DNA of 64,000 bases from Gemmatimonas sp. (GTDB taxonomy: Bacteria > Gemmatimonadota > Gemmatimonadetes > Gemmatimonadales > Gemmatimonadaceae): NCBI GenBank assembly GCA_965279375.1, contig OZ257156.1, positions 960,001 through 1,024,000 on the forward strand, read 5' to 3'. Of this stretch, positions 10,177 through 19,445 are shown piece after piece (position 1 is the stretch's first letter; every line of letters begins with the position of its first letter). The translations under genes were made by a program, and so were the position numbers. The notes under the pieces were generated by a model, which saw only the letters and a list, made by a program, of their open reading frames with translations, had not been told where the DNA came from and did not search any database.

Positions 10177-10257
10177 GACTGGACGATGCGCGCCGAGCTC
10201 CGTCGGCGCCAGCGGACCCACAACCCTGCCGCACGCGGAGCTCGGCGGCGGATCGGA

Positions 10258-11073
10258 TCAGGAGAGCCCGAACTCCTCGCGCGCCTGACGGTTCGCGCTC
10301 GACTGCCGCGCCGCCAACTCGGCGTCGGTCGCTGACTTCGGCTGCCGTTCGGCGGCCAGCGCCGCCTCGCGACGCTCCACCAGCGACCAGAATTCGCCGC
10401 CGTCCGGCTCTGGGCCGTTCTCCGGTGGCAGGAGCGCGTACATCGCCTTGTACATCATCGAGAACGCCCAGAACAGCGACAGCATGTCCGGGAGCACCAG
10501 CACGATGCGCGTGATGGCGTTCACGTTGGCGACCTGATCGTTGAACGCCGGCGTGTTGAAGGGCGCGACGACGATGCGCAGGTTGATGAAATAATTGACC
10601 AAACCAGCCGCGAGATTCGTCGCGCCGATGATCAACGCAGCACGGCGGAGCGAGCTCGTCACCGTCGGCTCGTCCAGCAATCGATCGAGCGCCGCTTCGC
10701 GCTCCGGTGTGTCGGGGCCCAATCCCTGAAACGCGATGGAGCGCGTCACGGGCCGAGCCATGAACGCCGACCCGCCAAACACGAGCACCGCCACGATGTA
10801 GCTCGCACTGTCCTTGAATGCGAAGAGCGCGCCCGAGACATACCAGAACGCCAGCGCGCCGCGCATGATCGCGGAGAAGCCGCTGTAACTCGAGATGAAG
10901 TTGAAGCGACGCGTGATCACGAGCAGGTCGAGCAACACCCACGCAACCGGCACCAACGCAGCGACCAGATACGCCGGAAGGGTGCCAATCAGGGCAGTGC
11001 CGTACTTGAGGATCACAACCGGTGCGATGGCACCGATCAGGATGTCCAGCGTCAGCTTCAGCGACTTCGACAT
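10258..11073 (-). CDS. multi-pass membrane protein (VC0807/DUF3159-like)
   Basis: MSKSLKLTLDILIGAIAPVVIL..., several TM helices, charged C-terminal tail. Confidence 0.65.
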   Translation of the reverse strand: MSKSLKLTLDILIGAIAPVVILKYGTALIGTLPAYLVAALVPVAWVLLDLLVITRRFNFISSYSGFSAIMRGALAFWYVSGALFAFKDSASYIVAVLVFGGSAFMARPVTRSIAFQGLGPDTPEREAALDRLLDEPTVTSSLRRAALIIGATNLAAGLVNYFINLRIVVAPFNTPAFNDQVANVNAITRIVLVLPDMLSLFWAFSMMYKAMYALLPPENGPEPDGGEFWSLVERREAALAAERQPKSATDAELAARQSSANRQAREEFGLS

Positions 11074-11533
11074 GGGTACGCGAGGGGATGCGTCCGACTG
11101 ACCCCCGCGGGGCCCGAATCGGCGACTAGCAATGTATCGGGTCGTGCAGCCGTGTACCCACGTCGGTCGGCGTCTCGCAATCGACGTCCACGACCCCCTG
11201 CGCGTTACCACATCGCTCGCATCACGCACCGACGCACAGCACTGAACGCATTGTGCGCCGGAGCACGTTCGCCCTGCGGCCGCTGTATCGCGGCGTGACG
11301 CCGTCGCACAGAACAGCACAGACCCAGGAGTGGCGGCTGGTCCCACCGAATCGAACCATCCAGCCGCAAGTCACTTCATCACATGGACTTATGCGGTGTT
11401 CTCGCAACTGCGTCGGACCTCGGCCCGATCGGTACATCTCCTGCTTTGAAGTGGAGCACTGCCGCCGCGTGATGCATGGCCCGCTTCCGGGCCATCGAGC
11501 GCGGCTCTCGCCCACGCACTCATGAGGTGTCCC

Positions 11534-11992
11534 ATGCATCGCACGCTGCTCTCCATCCGCGCCGTTGTCTCCATCGCCGCTGTTGCCGCACTCGCCGCCT
11601 GCAGCGATTCGTCCCCTGTCGCGGTGACGGATCCGTCGGCGTCGTTGGCCCGCGGCAGCGGCGGTGGCGGCGCCGCGACGGCCACCAAGCAGACCATCAC
11701 CCTCTCGCCGTCGGCCGGCGCCCTGTTCGCCAGCGCCAAGGGCAAGGCCAAGTTCGCCGCCAAGCCCGGCGAGCGTGAGCTGCAGATCGAAGTGGAGAAC
11801 GTGCCGGCAGGGACGTCGCTGATCTTCACGGTTGGTGGTGTGAACGTGGGCACGGCCACGGCCGACGCCCTGCGCCAGGCGCGCATCAACCTCAACTCGA
11901 CGCTTGGCAACGCCGTCCCACTGTCGGTCACCGGTGCATCCGTGATCGTCACAACTGCCGCTGGCGGCGCGGTCGTCTCCGGTTCGTTCTGA
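11534..11992 (+). CDS. hypothetical lipoprotein
   Basis: GAGG RBS, lipobox LAAC, Gly-rich linker, beta-rich domain. Confidence 0.8.
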   Translation: MHRTLLSIRAVVSIAAVAALAACSDSSPVAVTDPSASLARGSGGGGAATATKQTITLSPSAGALFASAKGKAKFAAKPGERELQIEVENVPAGTSLIFTVGGVNVGTATADALRQARINLNSTLGNAVPLSVTGASVIVTTAAGGAVVSGSF

Positions 11993-12021
11993 GCCGAGCT
12001 GCGATGAGTTAACCGTCCGTT

Positions 12022-12055
12022 GCTGCCGTGCGCAGGAGTTCCTGTGCGCGGCAGC
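12022..12055 (+). other. GC-rich stem-loop downstream of the lipoprotein gene
   Basis: gctgccgtgcgcagga / tcctgtgcgcggcagc arms with two G-U pairs; no U tract. Confidence 0.45.
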
Positions 12056-12269
12056 GCCGGGCCACCGCCGGAGTGGCCCTGCGAGAGGCCCCTGGCCCCT
12101 GCGACGTGTCTCTCTCCCGTCGCCCGCAGCACGGCAGACGTCGCTGCCGGCAGTCTAGTGCCACGGCTCCCCGTGCCGTATCGTCATGTGTACAGGTTTC
12201 TTCACCGACCGGTACCGCTTCCGCCCCGCGCAGTCCTCGGGGCAGACACATAGACGGAGTACGCACGCT

Positions 12270-12893
12270 ATGAAGCTCACACGTCCTGTTTTCGCGCTCG
12301 CGGTTTGCGGGCTGCTCGCCGGCGCTTCGTCCCTCGCCTCCGCGCAAAGCGGCATGGCCGGCATGGACCACGGGTCGCATCGCATGGGCCCAGAGATCGT
12401 GATCCCCAAGGGCGCGATCTATACCAAAGCCGACGTCGAATTCATGCAGGGGATGATCGCCCATCATGCCCAGGCGATCGTCATGGCGAAGATGGCCGAG
12501 AAGAACAGCACCAACACGCCGTTACTCATGCTCTCGCGCAAGATCGATCAGTCGCAGGTGCCTGAGATCATCATCATGCAGGACTGGCTGCGGCGCTACA
12601 AGCAATTCGCCCCCGATACGTCCTCGTGGCACGACATGCGCATGGACGGCATGCTGACCGACGAGGAGCTCAAGGCGATGGATGCGGCCAAGGGCGCCGA
12701 TTTCGACCGGCTGTTCCTCACCGGCATGATCAAGCACCACGCCGGCGCCATCAAGATGGTCGACGATCTGTTCAAGTCGCCCGGGGCCGGCCAGGAAGTC
12801 GATGCCAGCGTCTTCGCCAACGACGTCGTCACCGCGCAGACCGCCGAGATCGGCGTCATGCGTCGCCTGCTCGCCCAGCTCCCGAAGAAGTAG
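12270..12893 (+). CDS. secreted DUF305 domain protein (ferritin-like, CopM-like)
   Basis: Signal peptide, two M-I-x-HH-x-x-A-I-x-M repeats, Q-x-x-EI-x-x-M, Met-rich. Confidence 0.9.
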   Translation: MKLTRPVFALAVCGLLAGASSLASAQSGMAGMDHGSHRMGPEIVIPKGAIYTKADVEFMQGMIAHHAQAIVMAKMAEKNSTNTPLLMLSRKIDQSQVPEIIIMQDWLRRYKQFAPDTSSWHDMRMDGMLTDEELKAMDAAKGADFDRLFLTGMIKHHAGAIKMVDDLFKSPGAGQEVDASVFANDVVTAQTAEIGVMRRLLAQLPKK

Positions 12894-12977
12894 CCCACGC
12901 CCCACTCGTCGCCGCGCGCCAGGCCCGGTGCGCGGCGATTTCTACCCTGCTGCACCTCACCTCTGGAGGGTGAATCG

Positions 12978-14825
12978 ATGCGTGTCGTCCGCAGTCTGCT
13001 CCTTCTTGCCGCGGCGGTGGCCGTGCCGGCGCTCAGTGCGCCGGGTACGCTTTCGGCGCAAACCTATCCGTCGGCCAAGGATCCCCGCAGCGTCCTCAAG
13101 CCCGGGCGCTTCGATGCGGGCGTGGCCATCAACGGCATGAAGCAGGTGTCGTTCGTACCCAAGCCGGCGCAGTTCGACACGGTCCGCGGGTTGACGTTCA
13201 TCAACTCCGACGTCGCCTTCGGCACGCACTATATCTACCAGGCCAACTTCGCCGGCTTCACCATTTGGGACGTCACCGATCCCGCCAAGCCGGTCATGAC
13301 GGCGGCGGTGCGCTGCACCACGTCGCAGGGCGACCCGACGATCTACGGCAACCTCCTTTTCCTCTCGGCCGAAGGTGGTGGCAACCGAAAGGACTGCGGG
13401 TCTCAGGGCGTGCAGGATCCGAAGGATCACATGGCCGGCATTCGCATCTTCGACGTGTCCAACCCGAAGGAGCCCAAGCTGGTCAAGAACGTCGAGACGT
13501 GCAAAGGCTCGCACACACACACGCTGGTGCCGAGCCCGACGGACAAGAACATCATCTACCTGTACATATCGGGGCAGTCGGGCGCGCGTCCGGATACCGA
13601 GCTCGCCGGGTGCAAGAACGGCAACGATCCGAAGGATCCGACGAACTCGCTCTACCAACTCGACATCGTGAAGGTGTTCCTCAACGCGCCAGAGAAGTCG
13701 GTCGTCATTCCGGGTGCCCGCATCTTTGCCGACCTCGAAAGAGCCGGCGAGTGCGCACGGTACTGCGCGCCGGCACGCCCCGGTGCTCGCGCGGGGGCGC
13801 GTCCGCAGCCCGCGCCCGACATGCCGACCGGTCCGCGCAACTGCCATGACGTGACGGCGTACCCCGAGATGAACATGCTGCTCGCGTCCTGCTCGACGCA
13901 CTCGATTCTCGTGGACATCAAGAACCCCGAGAAGCCGTTTCGTATCAGCGCGGTCATGGACACGAACAACTTCCAGGGGCGTCACACGGCGGCCTTCAGC
14001 AACGACGCGAAGAAGCTGATCCAGACCGAGGAGTGGGGCGGCGGTACGGGCCCGATGTGCCAGGCGTCGAGCATGCAGCAGTTGGGCGGCAACACCATCA
14101 TCACTCTGGACGCGAACAAGCGGCAGCAGCAGCGCGCATACTTCAAGCTGCCGTCGGCACAGGCGGCGGAAGAGAATTGCGTGGCGCACAACGGCGGCAT
14201 CATTCCGGTGCCGGGACGCGACCTGTACGTGCAGGGGTGGTACCAGGGCGGCGTGAACATCATGGACTTCACCGACGCTGACAACGCTTTCGAGATCGCC
14301 TACTTCGATCGTGGCTCGATCAACCCGCCCAAGCCGGTCGACGTGCCAGGAGCGGCGGCGGCCGCGCCCGACCCGTCGGTGCGTGGCGGCGGCAACACCA
14401 TCGGCGGGTCGTGGGGCGCGTACTATTGGAACGGCCTCATCGTCTCCTCCGAACTCGATCGCGGCATGGACATCCTCGAACTTGTGCCCAGCGCGAATCT
14501 CTCGGCCAACGAGATCGCCGCGGCCAAGCTGGTGCGTTTCGAGCAGTTCAACCCGCAGAGCCAGCCCAAGTACGTGTGGCCGCCGGCATTTGTCGTCGTG
14601 CGCTCGTATCTCGACCAGCTCGTGCGCAACACCGGCCTCGCGGCCGAGCGCACCACGGCCATCGCGCAGGCGCTCGACGTGGCGGAGATGAAGACGGGCA
14701 TCGCACGTTCCACCGCGCTCAACGCACTCGCCGTGCAGGTCGACGCCGATGCCAAGGGCGCCAAGGACAGCGCGCGCGTCAGCAAGATGGCGAGCGAGAT
14801 TCGTCGCCTCGCCGCCGTGAAGTAA
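12978..14825 (+). CDS. secreted LVIVD-repeat beta-propeller protein
   Basis: Signal peptide, IWDVTDP / IFDVSNP / LVDIKNP repeats, GSHTHT, CHD, CVAHNG, WYQGG; commonly adjacent to DUF305. Confidence 0.85.
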   Translation: MRVVRSLLLLAAAVAVPALSAPGTLSAQTYPSAKDPRSVLKPGRFDAGVAINGMKQVSFVPKPAQFDTVRGLTFINSDVAFGTHYIYQANFAGFTIWDVTDPAKPVMTAAVRCTTSQGDPTIYGNLLFLSAEGGGNRKDCGSQGVQDPKDHMAGIRIFDVSNPKEPKLVKNVETCKGSHTHTLVPSPTDKNIIYLYISGQSGARPDTELAGCKNGNDPKDPTNSLYQLDIVKVFLNAPEKSVVIPGARIFADLERAGECARYCAPARPGARAGARPQPAPDMPTGPRNCHDVTAYPEMNMLLASCSTHSILVDIKNPEKPFRISAVMDTNNFQGRHTAAFSNDAKKLIQTEEWGGGTGPMCQASSMQQLGGNTIITLDANKRQQQRAYFKLPSAQAAEENCVAHNGGIIPVPGRDLYVQGWYQGGVNIMDFTDADNAFEIAYFDRGSINPPKPVDVPGAAAAAPDPSVRGGGNTIGGSWGAYYWNGLIVSSELDRGMDILELVPSANLSANEIAAAKLVRFEQFNPQSQPKYVWPPAFVVVRSYLDQLVRNTGLAAERTTAIAQALDVAEMKTGIARSTALNALAVQVDADAKGAKDSARVSKMASEIRRLAAVK

Positions 14826-14856
14826 GGTGAAGTAACACGCGGTTAACCCCGCAACC

Positions 14857-14890
14857 GCAAAGGGCGCCTCCGGTGGAGGCGCCCTTTTGC
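14857..14890. terminator. bidirectional intrinsic terminator
   Basis: gcAAAGGGCGCCTCC-ggt-GGAGGCGCCCTTTtgc between convergent genes. Confidence 0.85.
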
Positions 14891-14894
14891 ATGC

Positions 14895-16325
14895 TCACCG
14901 ATCCCTCTCTCGCACGAGCGTCGATCTCGACTGCCCGCGCTGCGTCTGCATCTCCAGGCGCACAATACGCCCGCTGGTATCGCGCACAAACTCGCCGATC
15001 AATGCCGTGTCGTCGAAAAACACACGATCCGGCTCATACAACGTCATGCGGATGCGCGGATTGTTTTCGCGCTGATAGTACAGCCGACCTTGCTCGATGC
15101 CTATGTGTATCGCGGCCCGCTGCGCATTGAGATACTGCCCGACGTACTGCTGCAGCGAATCTGCGGACACCACCAGCGCGCGGCGAACGAGCGGCTTGCC
15201 AAGTGCGATCGCTGCGATAGCGGTGGCAGTCAGTTCCGGCAAGCGGTTGCCACGGCCATTCAGCAGCACCACAACCAGCAGCGAGTCGTCGGGAAGGTAC
15301 ATGGCGTGACTCATGAAGCCACCCATGTTGCCGCCATGCTCTACAAGCGCATGTCCCTGCAGTGTGCCGATGAACCAGCCATAGCCGTAGTCGGTGAGAT
15401 CTCCGCTCGTGGTTCGCGCCGGTGTCCACGCGCGCCGTAAGGTGGAATCCCGCAGCAGACGCCCCGTCACGAGCGCTCGCTGCCAGCGCAGCAGATCCGC
15501 GGCCGTGGACTGCAGCGCGCCCGCCGCCCATGCAATCTGTACATTCGCATTGTTCGCGTTCTCGACACGATTGCGAACGAACAGATACGGAATGGCTCGG
15601 TGTGCGATCACACGAGTGTCGTCTCCCCAAAGTGAACGCGTCATCCCCGCCGGTGCGAGCAGCGTGCGTTCGAGATACTCGGGGAACGGTTCGCCGACCA
15701 CCTTCTCGACGATGTAGCCGAGCAACTGATAGCCAGCGTTGCTGTACGACCATCGCGACCCCGGAGCGAAGTCGAGCGGCTGATCCTTGAAGGTGGCCAT
15801 CACCTGCTCGGCGGACAGCCATCCTCGCCCCGCCGCCAAGAGACTGCCAGCGTTTCGTGCGTTCGCGATGCCGGACGTGTGCGTCAGAAGCTGCTCGATC
15901 GTCACCGCTTTGATCGGCGTCGGATAGCCGGGAAGGAACCGTCCAACCGTATCGGCGAGTGATAGCCGTCCCTGCTCGACCAGCTGCAGTACCGCAACCG
16001 CGGTGAACTGCTTGGTCATGGACGCGATCGAGAACAGTGCGTCCGTCGTCATCGGTGCATTCCACTCGAGATTCGCCATGCCGAACGCTCGGTGATGGAG
16101 AATGCGGTCTCCACGGGCGACCAGCACCACACCACCGGGCTGGTCAGGCTTGTACGCCGAGTCGATGACGGCATCGATTGCTCGGGTCGGGAATCGCGTT
16201 GCTTGTGCGTGCGCGGTGCTGGCGTGTGCGGCGATGAGCGTCGCGGCGAGCAACATGTCACCAGGCGCGATACGCAGCACGCTCGCTGTGCGCCGGCTGA
16301 TCGCATAGCGACATGAAGTGATCAT
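14895..16325 (-). CDS. serine hydrolase (beta-lactamase class C-like / S12 family)
   Basis: SMTK, LLTHTSG, YSN and HGG motifs; signal peptide; start approximate. Confidence 0.9.
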   Translation of the reverse strand: MITSCRYAISRRTASVLRIAPGDMLLAATLIAAHASTAHAQATRFPTRAIDAVIDSAYKPDQPGGVVLVARGDRILHHRAFGMANLEWNAPMTTDALFSIASMTKQFTAVAVLQLVEQGRLSLADTVGRFLPGYPTPIKAVTIEQLLTHTSGIANARNAGSLLAAGRGWLSAEQVMATFKDQPLDFAPGSRWSYSNAGYQLLGYIVEKVVGEPFPEYLERTLLAPAGMTRSLWGDDTRVIAHRAIPYLFVRNRVENANNANVQIAWAAGALQSTAADLLRWQRALVTGRLLRDSTLRRAWTPARTTSGDLTDYGYGWFIGTLQGHALVEHGGNMGGFMSHAMYLPDDSLLVVVLLNGRGNRLPELTATAIAAIALGKPLVRRALVVSADSLQQYVGQYLNAQRAAIHIGIEQGRLYYQRENNPRIRMTLYEPDRVFFDDTALIGEFVRDTSGRIVRLEMQTQRGQSRSTLVRERDR

Positions 16326-16366
16326 CGAAACATTCTCTGGTTGTACGGTGGGGTCGAACTCGGCAA

Positions 16367-16708
16367 CTACTCTCGACGGGCACGGGTCATGGCCACGAAC
16401 GCCAGCTGCGACACGCCGACCCCGAGAAACAGACAAGCCAACGCCGCCGCGCTGTTGGGAGGCAGGTGAAGCAGATGAATGACCAACAAGGCAGCGCCAT
16501 CACACACGCCCAGCAAGCCCCAGCGAAGTGCGCGCGTACGGGCCACGGCGCGCTCCGCTTCGTGCACAGCGGTCGCCGTCTCTCCGGCGACTCCTTCCCG
16601 GAGCGCCTTGTAGCGGACGAACGCGTCGACGATCGATCGGAGCACAAAGGCGGCCGCGCCGAAGATGAGCGCGACTATGAGAACCTGCGTGATCTGGTCA
16701 CTCTGCAT
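16367..16708 (-). CDS. small 3-TM membrane protein (DUF6249-like)
   Basis: N-terminal TM, LRWGLLGV...G...G motif; divergent from an ECF sigma factor. Confidence 0.65.
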   Translation of the reverse strand: MQSDQITQVLIVALIFGAAAFVLRSIVDAFVRYKALREGVAGETATAVHEAERAVARTRALRWGLLGVCDGAALLVIHLLHLPPNSAAALACLFLGVGVSQLAFVAMTRARRE

Positions 16709-16736
16709 GGGCCACCTGGAAGAGACACTCGTTCAG

Positions 16737-16765
16737 GAGATACGACTCGGGGCAGAAAGGTTGCA
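16737..16765 (-). promoter_or_regulatory. putative ECF sigma promoter (leftward)
   Basis: Minus strand reads TGCAACC-N15-GTATCTC. Confidence 0.7.
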
Positions 16766-16771
16766 GCGTCG

Positions 16772-16800
16772 TGCAACCTTTTTTGCGCTCCCGGTATCTC
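16772..16800 (+). promoter_or_regulatory. putative ECF sigma promoter (rightward, autoregulatory)
   Basis: Plus strand reads TGCAACC-N15-GTATCTC, upstream of the sigma gene. Confidence 0.7.
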
Positions 16801-16826
16801 TCTTCCGTGACCCCGACGCGCCAACG

Positions 16827-17411
16827 ATGACGACGGACCTCGAACTGGCTCGGGCGATCCAGCGCGGTTCAGAATCCGCCTGTACGCTGTTCGTCGAGCG
16901 GTACAGGACGCTCTGCTTCCACATCGTTCGCCGCTTCGTCTCGTCGGATGATGAGGCCTTCGACCTGTGTCAGGACACATTCCTTCGTGCACTCGATCGC
17001 ATGCCGCAGTTCCGTGGTGAGGGGTCGCTGGCGTCGTGGGTGGGGCGCATAGCCTTCAACATCGGCCAGCGTCGAGCAGAACAGCAGCGCGCACGACGTG
17101 AGGTATCATGGGACGCTGCAGACCAGTCCCAGGACAGGCCTCTCTCGGATGCGCTGCTCGCGCAGGACGACGCGCAGCACCGACTGGAAGTCGAAGACAC
17201 GCAGCAGCAGCTTCACACCGCCCTGCGAACGCTCAGCACCACGGAGCAGACCGTGATCAGCCTGTTCTACCTGGATGAACTCAGTCTGACCGAGATCGCC
17301 GCCGTGACCGGGCTTCGCGAAGGTACGATCAAGAGTCACCTCTCGCGCGGCCGTCAGCGCCTTCGACGCGCCTACGATGCCGGCGGTGACTCCTCGCCAC
17401 CGCTTCTATAG
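16827..17411 (+). CDS. ECF RNA polymerase sigma factor
   Basis: DLCQDTF, FRGEGSLASWVGRIAFN, EIAAVTGLREGTIKSHLSRGR. Confidence 0.93.
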   Translation: MTTDLELARAIQRGSESACTLFVERYRTLCFHIVRRFVSSDDEAFDLCQDTFLRALDRMPQFRGEGSLASWVGRIAFNIGQRRAEQQRARREVSWDAADQSQDRPLSDALLAQDDAQHRLEVEDTQQQLHTALRTLSTTEQTVISLFYLDELSLTEIAAVTGLREGTIKSHLSRGRQRLRRAYDAGGDSSPPLL

Positions 17412-17417
17412 AACGCC

Positions 17418-17840
17418 ATGTCCGACGCACTACCACCGTTCGACGCCTCCGCCCCAACCGCTCGTGATGCGGACTTCGATGCACGTGTGCGCACGATGCT
17501 GCGCGCAGAGTTCAACGTGGACGACAACGTGCCATTCCCGCCGGCATTTGCTGAGCGAGTCGTTCGTCAACATCATGCGCGACGGCAGGAGCTTGCTCGT
17601 GTCTCACGAGCGCTTGGCGCGGTCGGCGTCGGTGTCTGCGCTCTGGCCGCCGGCGCAGGCATCGCCGTGCTGACGACGTCGTTCACCATCGCCTCGCTCG
17701 CAGCGACGGCACGTACGTTGGCGCTCCTGCTCCCCAACTCGCATGCCCCAGCGGCTGCCGTAGTCACGCTTGTCGCACTGTGGTGGTCCGGCCGCGAACA
17801 GACGCAACCTCGAGCGCACGCGTCGTATCCGCTTGCATGA
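17418..17840 (+). CDS. putative membrane anti-sigma factor
   Basis: Starts 6 nt after the sigma stop; PPAFAERV-type cytoplasmic N-terminus followed by hydrophobic segments. Confidence 0.6.
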   Translation: MSDALPPFDASAPTARDADFDARVRTMLRAEFNVDDNVPFPPAFAERVVRQHHARRQELARVSRALGAVGVGVCALAAGAGIAVLTTSFTIASLAATARTLALLLPNSHAPAAAVVTLVALWWSGREQTQPRAHASYPLA

Positions 17841-17880
17841 CACGACGAATGGACGTTGTGCATCGCCAGAGGGTTCGGAC

Positions 17881-18975
17881 ATGTTCCGCTATATCACCGC
17901 CTGCTGCCTGATGTGGGCAACGCAGCCGCGAGTTCCAGTGGAGTCTCTCTCGCCGCAACGCCCGCGAGATGCAGCGCGACAGGCAGACAGTGTGCTCCGT
18001 GCGTACGAGTTCAGCGGGGTCGCGTTCGTATCGAGGCACGGTGCGTCACTGTTCCAGCGCGCATACGGCAAGGCCAGTCTGGAGTTCGACGTGGACATTC
18101 GGCTCGATACTCGATTCCGCATCGGCTCGATCACCAAGCTGTTCACTGCGGTCGCCGTCGCGCGCCTCGTGGAATCAGGGAGACTGGACTACGACGCCAC
18201 CATTCATCGGTACCTCCCCGAGTATGTAGGAGCGGCCGGACCGTCGGTCACGCTTCAGCAGCTGCTCACGCACACGTCGGGGCTCGCCAACAGCGATTCC
18301 GTTGGAAGCTTTGAGCAGGCCATTGCCGCTGGATTGCCGGTGTACCAGCTGCCGGCGACGTCGGCACAAATCGTCCAGCGCCACGCCAGCGGAGCACTCG
18401 TCCACACGCCGGGCACGCACTTCGACTACAACAACGCCGACTACTTCATCCTCGGCAGGATTGTCGAGCGCGTGACTGGCGAACCGTTCGACGTGGCACT
18501 CAAGCGCCTCGTACTCGATCCTGCTGAGCTGAGAAGCACCGGACTGATGAACTGGCGCGCGGTCTCGCCGGTGGTGGCGACAGCCTACCTTCGTGTCGAG
18601 CCGGGCGCGCCATATATCCACGAACTTCCCGCGTACTTCGAGAACTGGGGTGCGGCTGGTGGCATGTACTCCACAGGCGCCGACCTCACGCGCTTCGGCA
18701 GCGCGCTGTTCGACGGGACGCTGCTGCGACCCACCAGTCTTCAGCGCCTCCTGACCGCCTCGCTCGATGAATACGCCCACGGTCTCTGGGTCGCTCCCAT
18801 CACGGTTCGCGGTGCATCCGATCGCGTTGCGCATCGTCCGGGACAGGTGATGGGCGCAAACACCGAGCTGGTGCGCTACCTCGACGACGGACTCACCGTC
18901 ATCCTGCTCTCCAATACGAACGCGACGCCCATGGACAAGGTGGCGTTCGAAATTGCGCGTCTGTTCGAGCGATGA
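17881..18975 (+). CDS. serine hydrolase (beta-lactamase-like family)
   Basis: SITK, LLTHTSG, YNN and AAGGMYST motifs. Confidence 0.9.
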   Translation: MFRYITACCLMWATQPRVPVESLSPQRPRDAARQADSVLRAYEFSGVAFVSRHGASLFQRAYGKASLEFDVDIRLDTRFRIGSITKLFTAVAVARLVESGRLDYDATIHRYLPEYVGAAGPSVTLQQLLTHTSGLANSDSVGSFEQAIAAGLPVYQLPATSAQIVQRHASGALVHTPGTHFDYNNADYFILGRIVERVTGEPFDVALKRLVLDPAELRSTGLMNWRAVSPVVATAYLRVEPGAPYIHELPAYFENWGAAGGMYSTGADLTRFGSALFDGTLLRPTSLQRLLTASLDEYAHGLWVAPITVRGASDRVAHRPGQVMGANTELVRYLDDGLTVILLSNTNATPMDKVAFEIARLFER

Positions 18976-18987
18976 TGCGAGAACGCC

Positions 18988-19341
18988 TTAGCGACTCCAG
19001 AGCAGCAGCGCGCCACAGCGGCCTGCATCCTTGAACTCAACCGGTGCCGCCGCGTAGAGCTCTATCGCGCCGAGATCATCGGTGAAGATCTTGTCGAGAT
19101 CTGGTGGCGTCGCACTCTCGAACGGATAGTCGCGGAGCCCGTCGCGAACGACGGCGGCATGACGCGGCGCCGACGGCATCGATCCTGTGATCGATTGTCA
19201 TCTGCGCGTTGCGAATCGCGACCGTGTCCCCTGCTTTGCGGAAGCGCAGCACGACGGTGCGCGTGTCCTGCGCGTTAGTTGTGCGCGCCAGCAGCATCGT
19301 GGCCGCGGCCGATACAAGGTACAGAGCGTGGAGAGTCTCAT
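18988..19341 (-). pseudogene. probable remnant of a secreted carboxypeptidase-regulatory / TonB-plug-like protein
   Basis: Signal-peptide-like part (..YLVSAAATMLLARTTNAQD) and C-terminal IELY..P.EF...CGALLLWSR lie in different frames; C-terminus resembles the end of 34251-35777. Confidence 0.5.
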
Positions 19342-19445
19342 ACGAACAAGGCGGATTCGCTCCGCGGAGTCTCGGACTGTAAGATCGTGATGCGAAGTGA
19401 CATTTGACTTCAGGAGTTTCCAACTCACAGCAAGGAGCCTCAAGC

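Noticed and set aside
14817..14835. 9-bp direct repeat GTGAAGTAA duplicating the end of the LVIVD gene
   Set aside because: Two copies separated by one base with no element between them; probably local slippage rather than a target-site duplication
14895..18975. Serine hydrolases as true beta-lactamase resistance genes
   Set aside because: SxxK/YxN motifs are shared by many esterases and peptidases; activity cannot be inferred from these motifs
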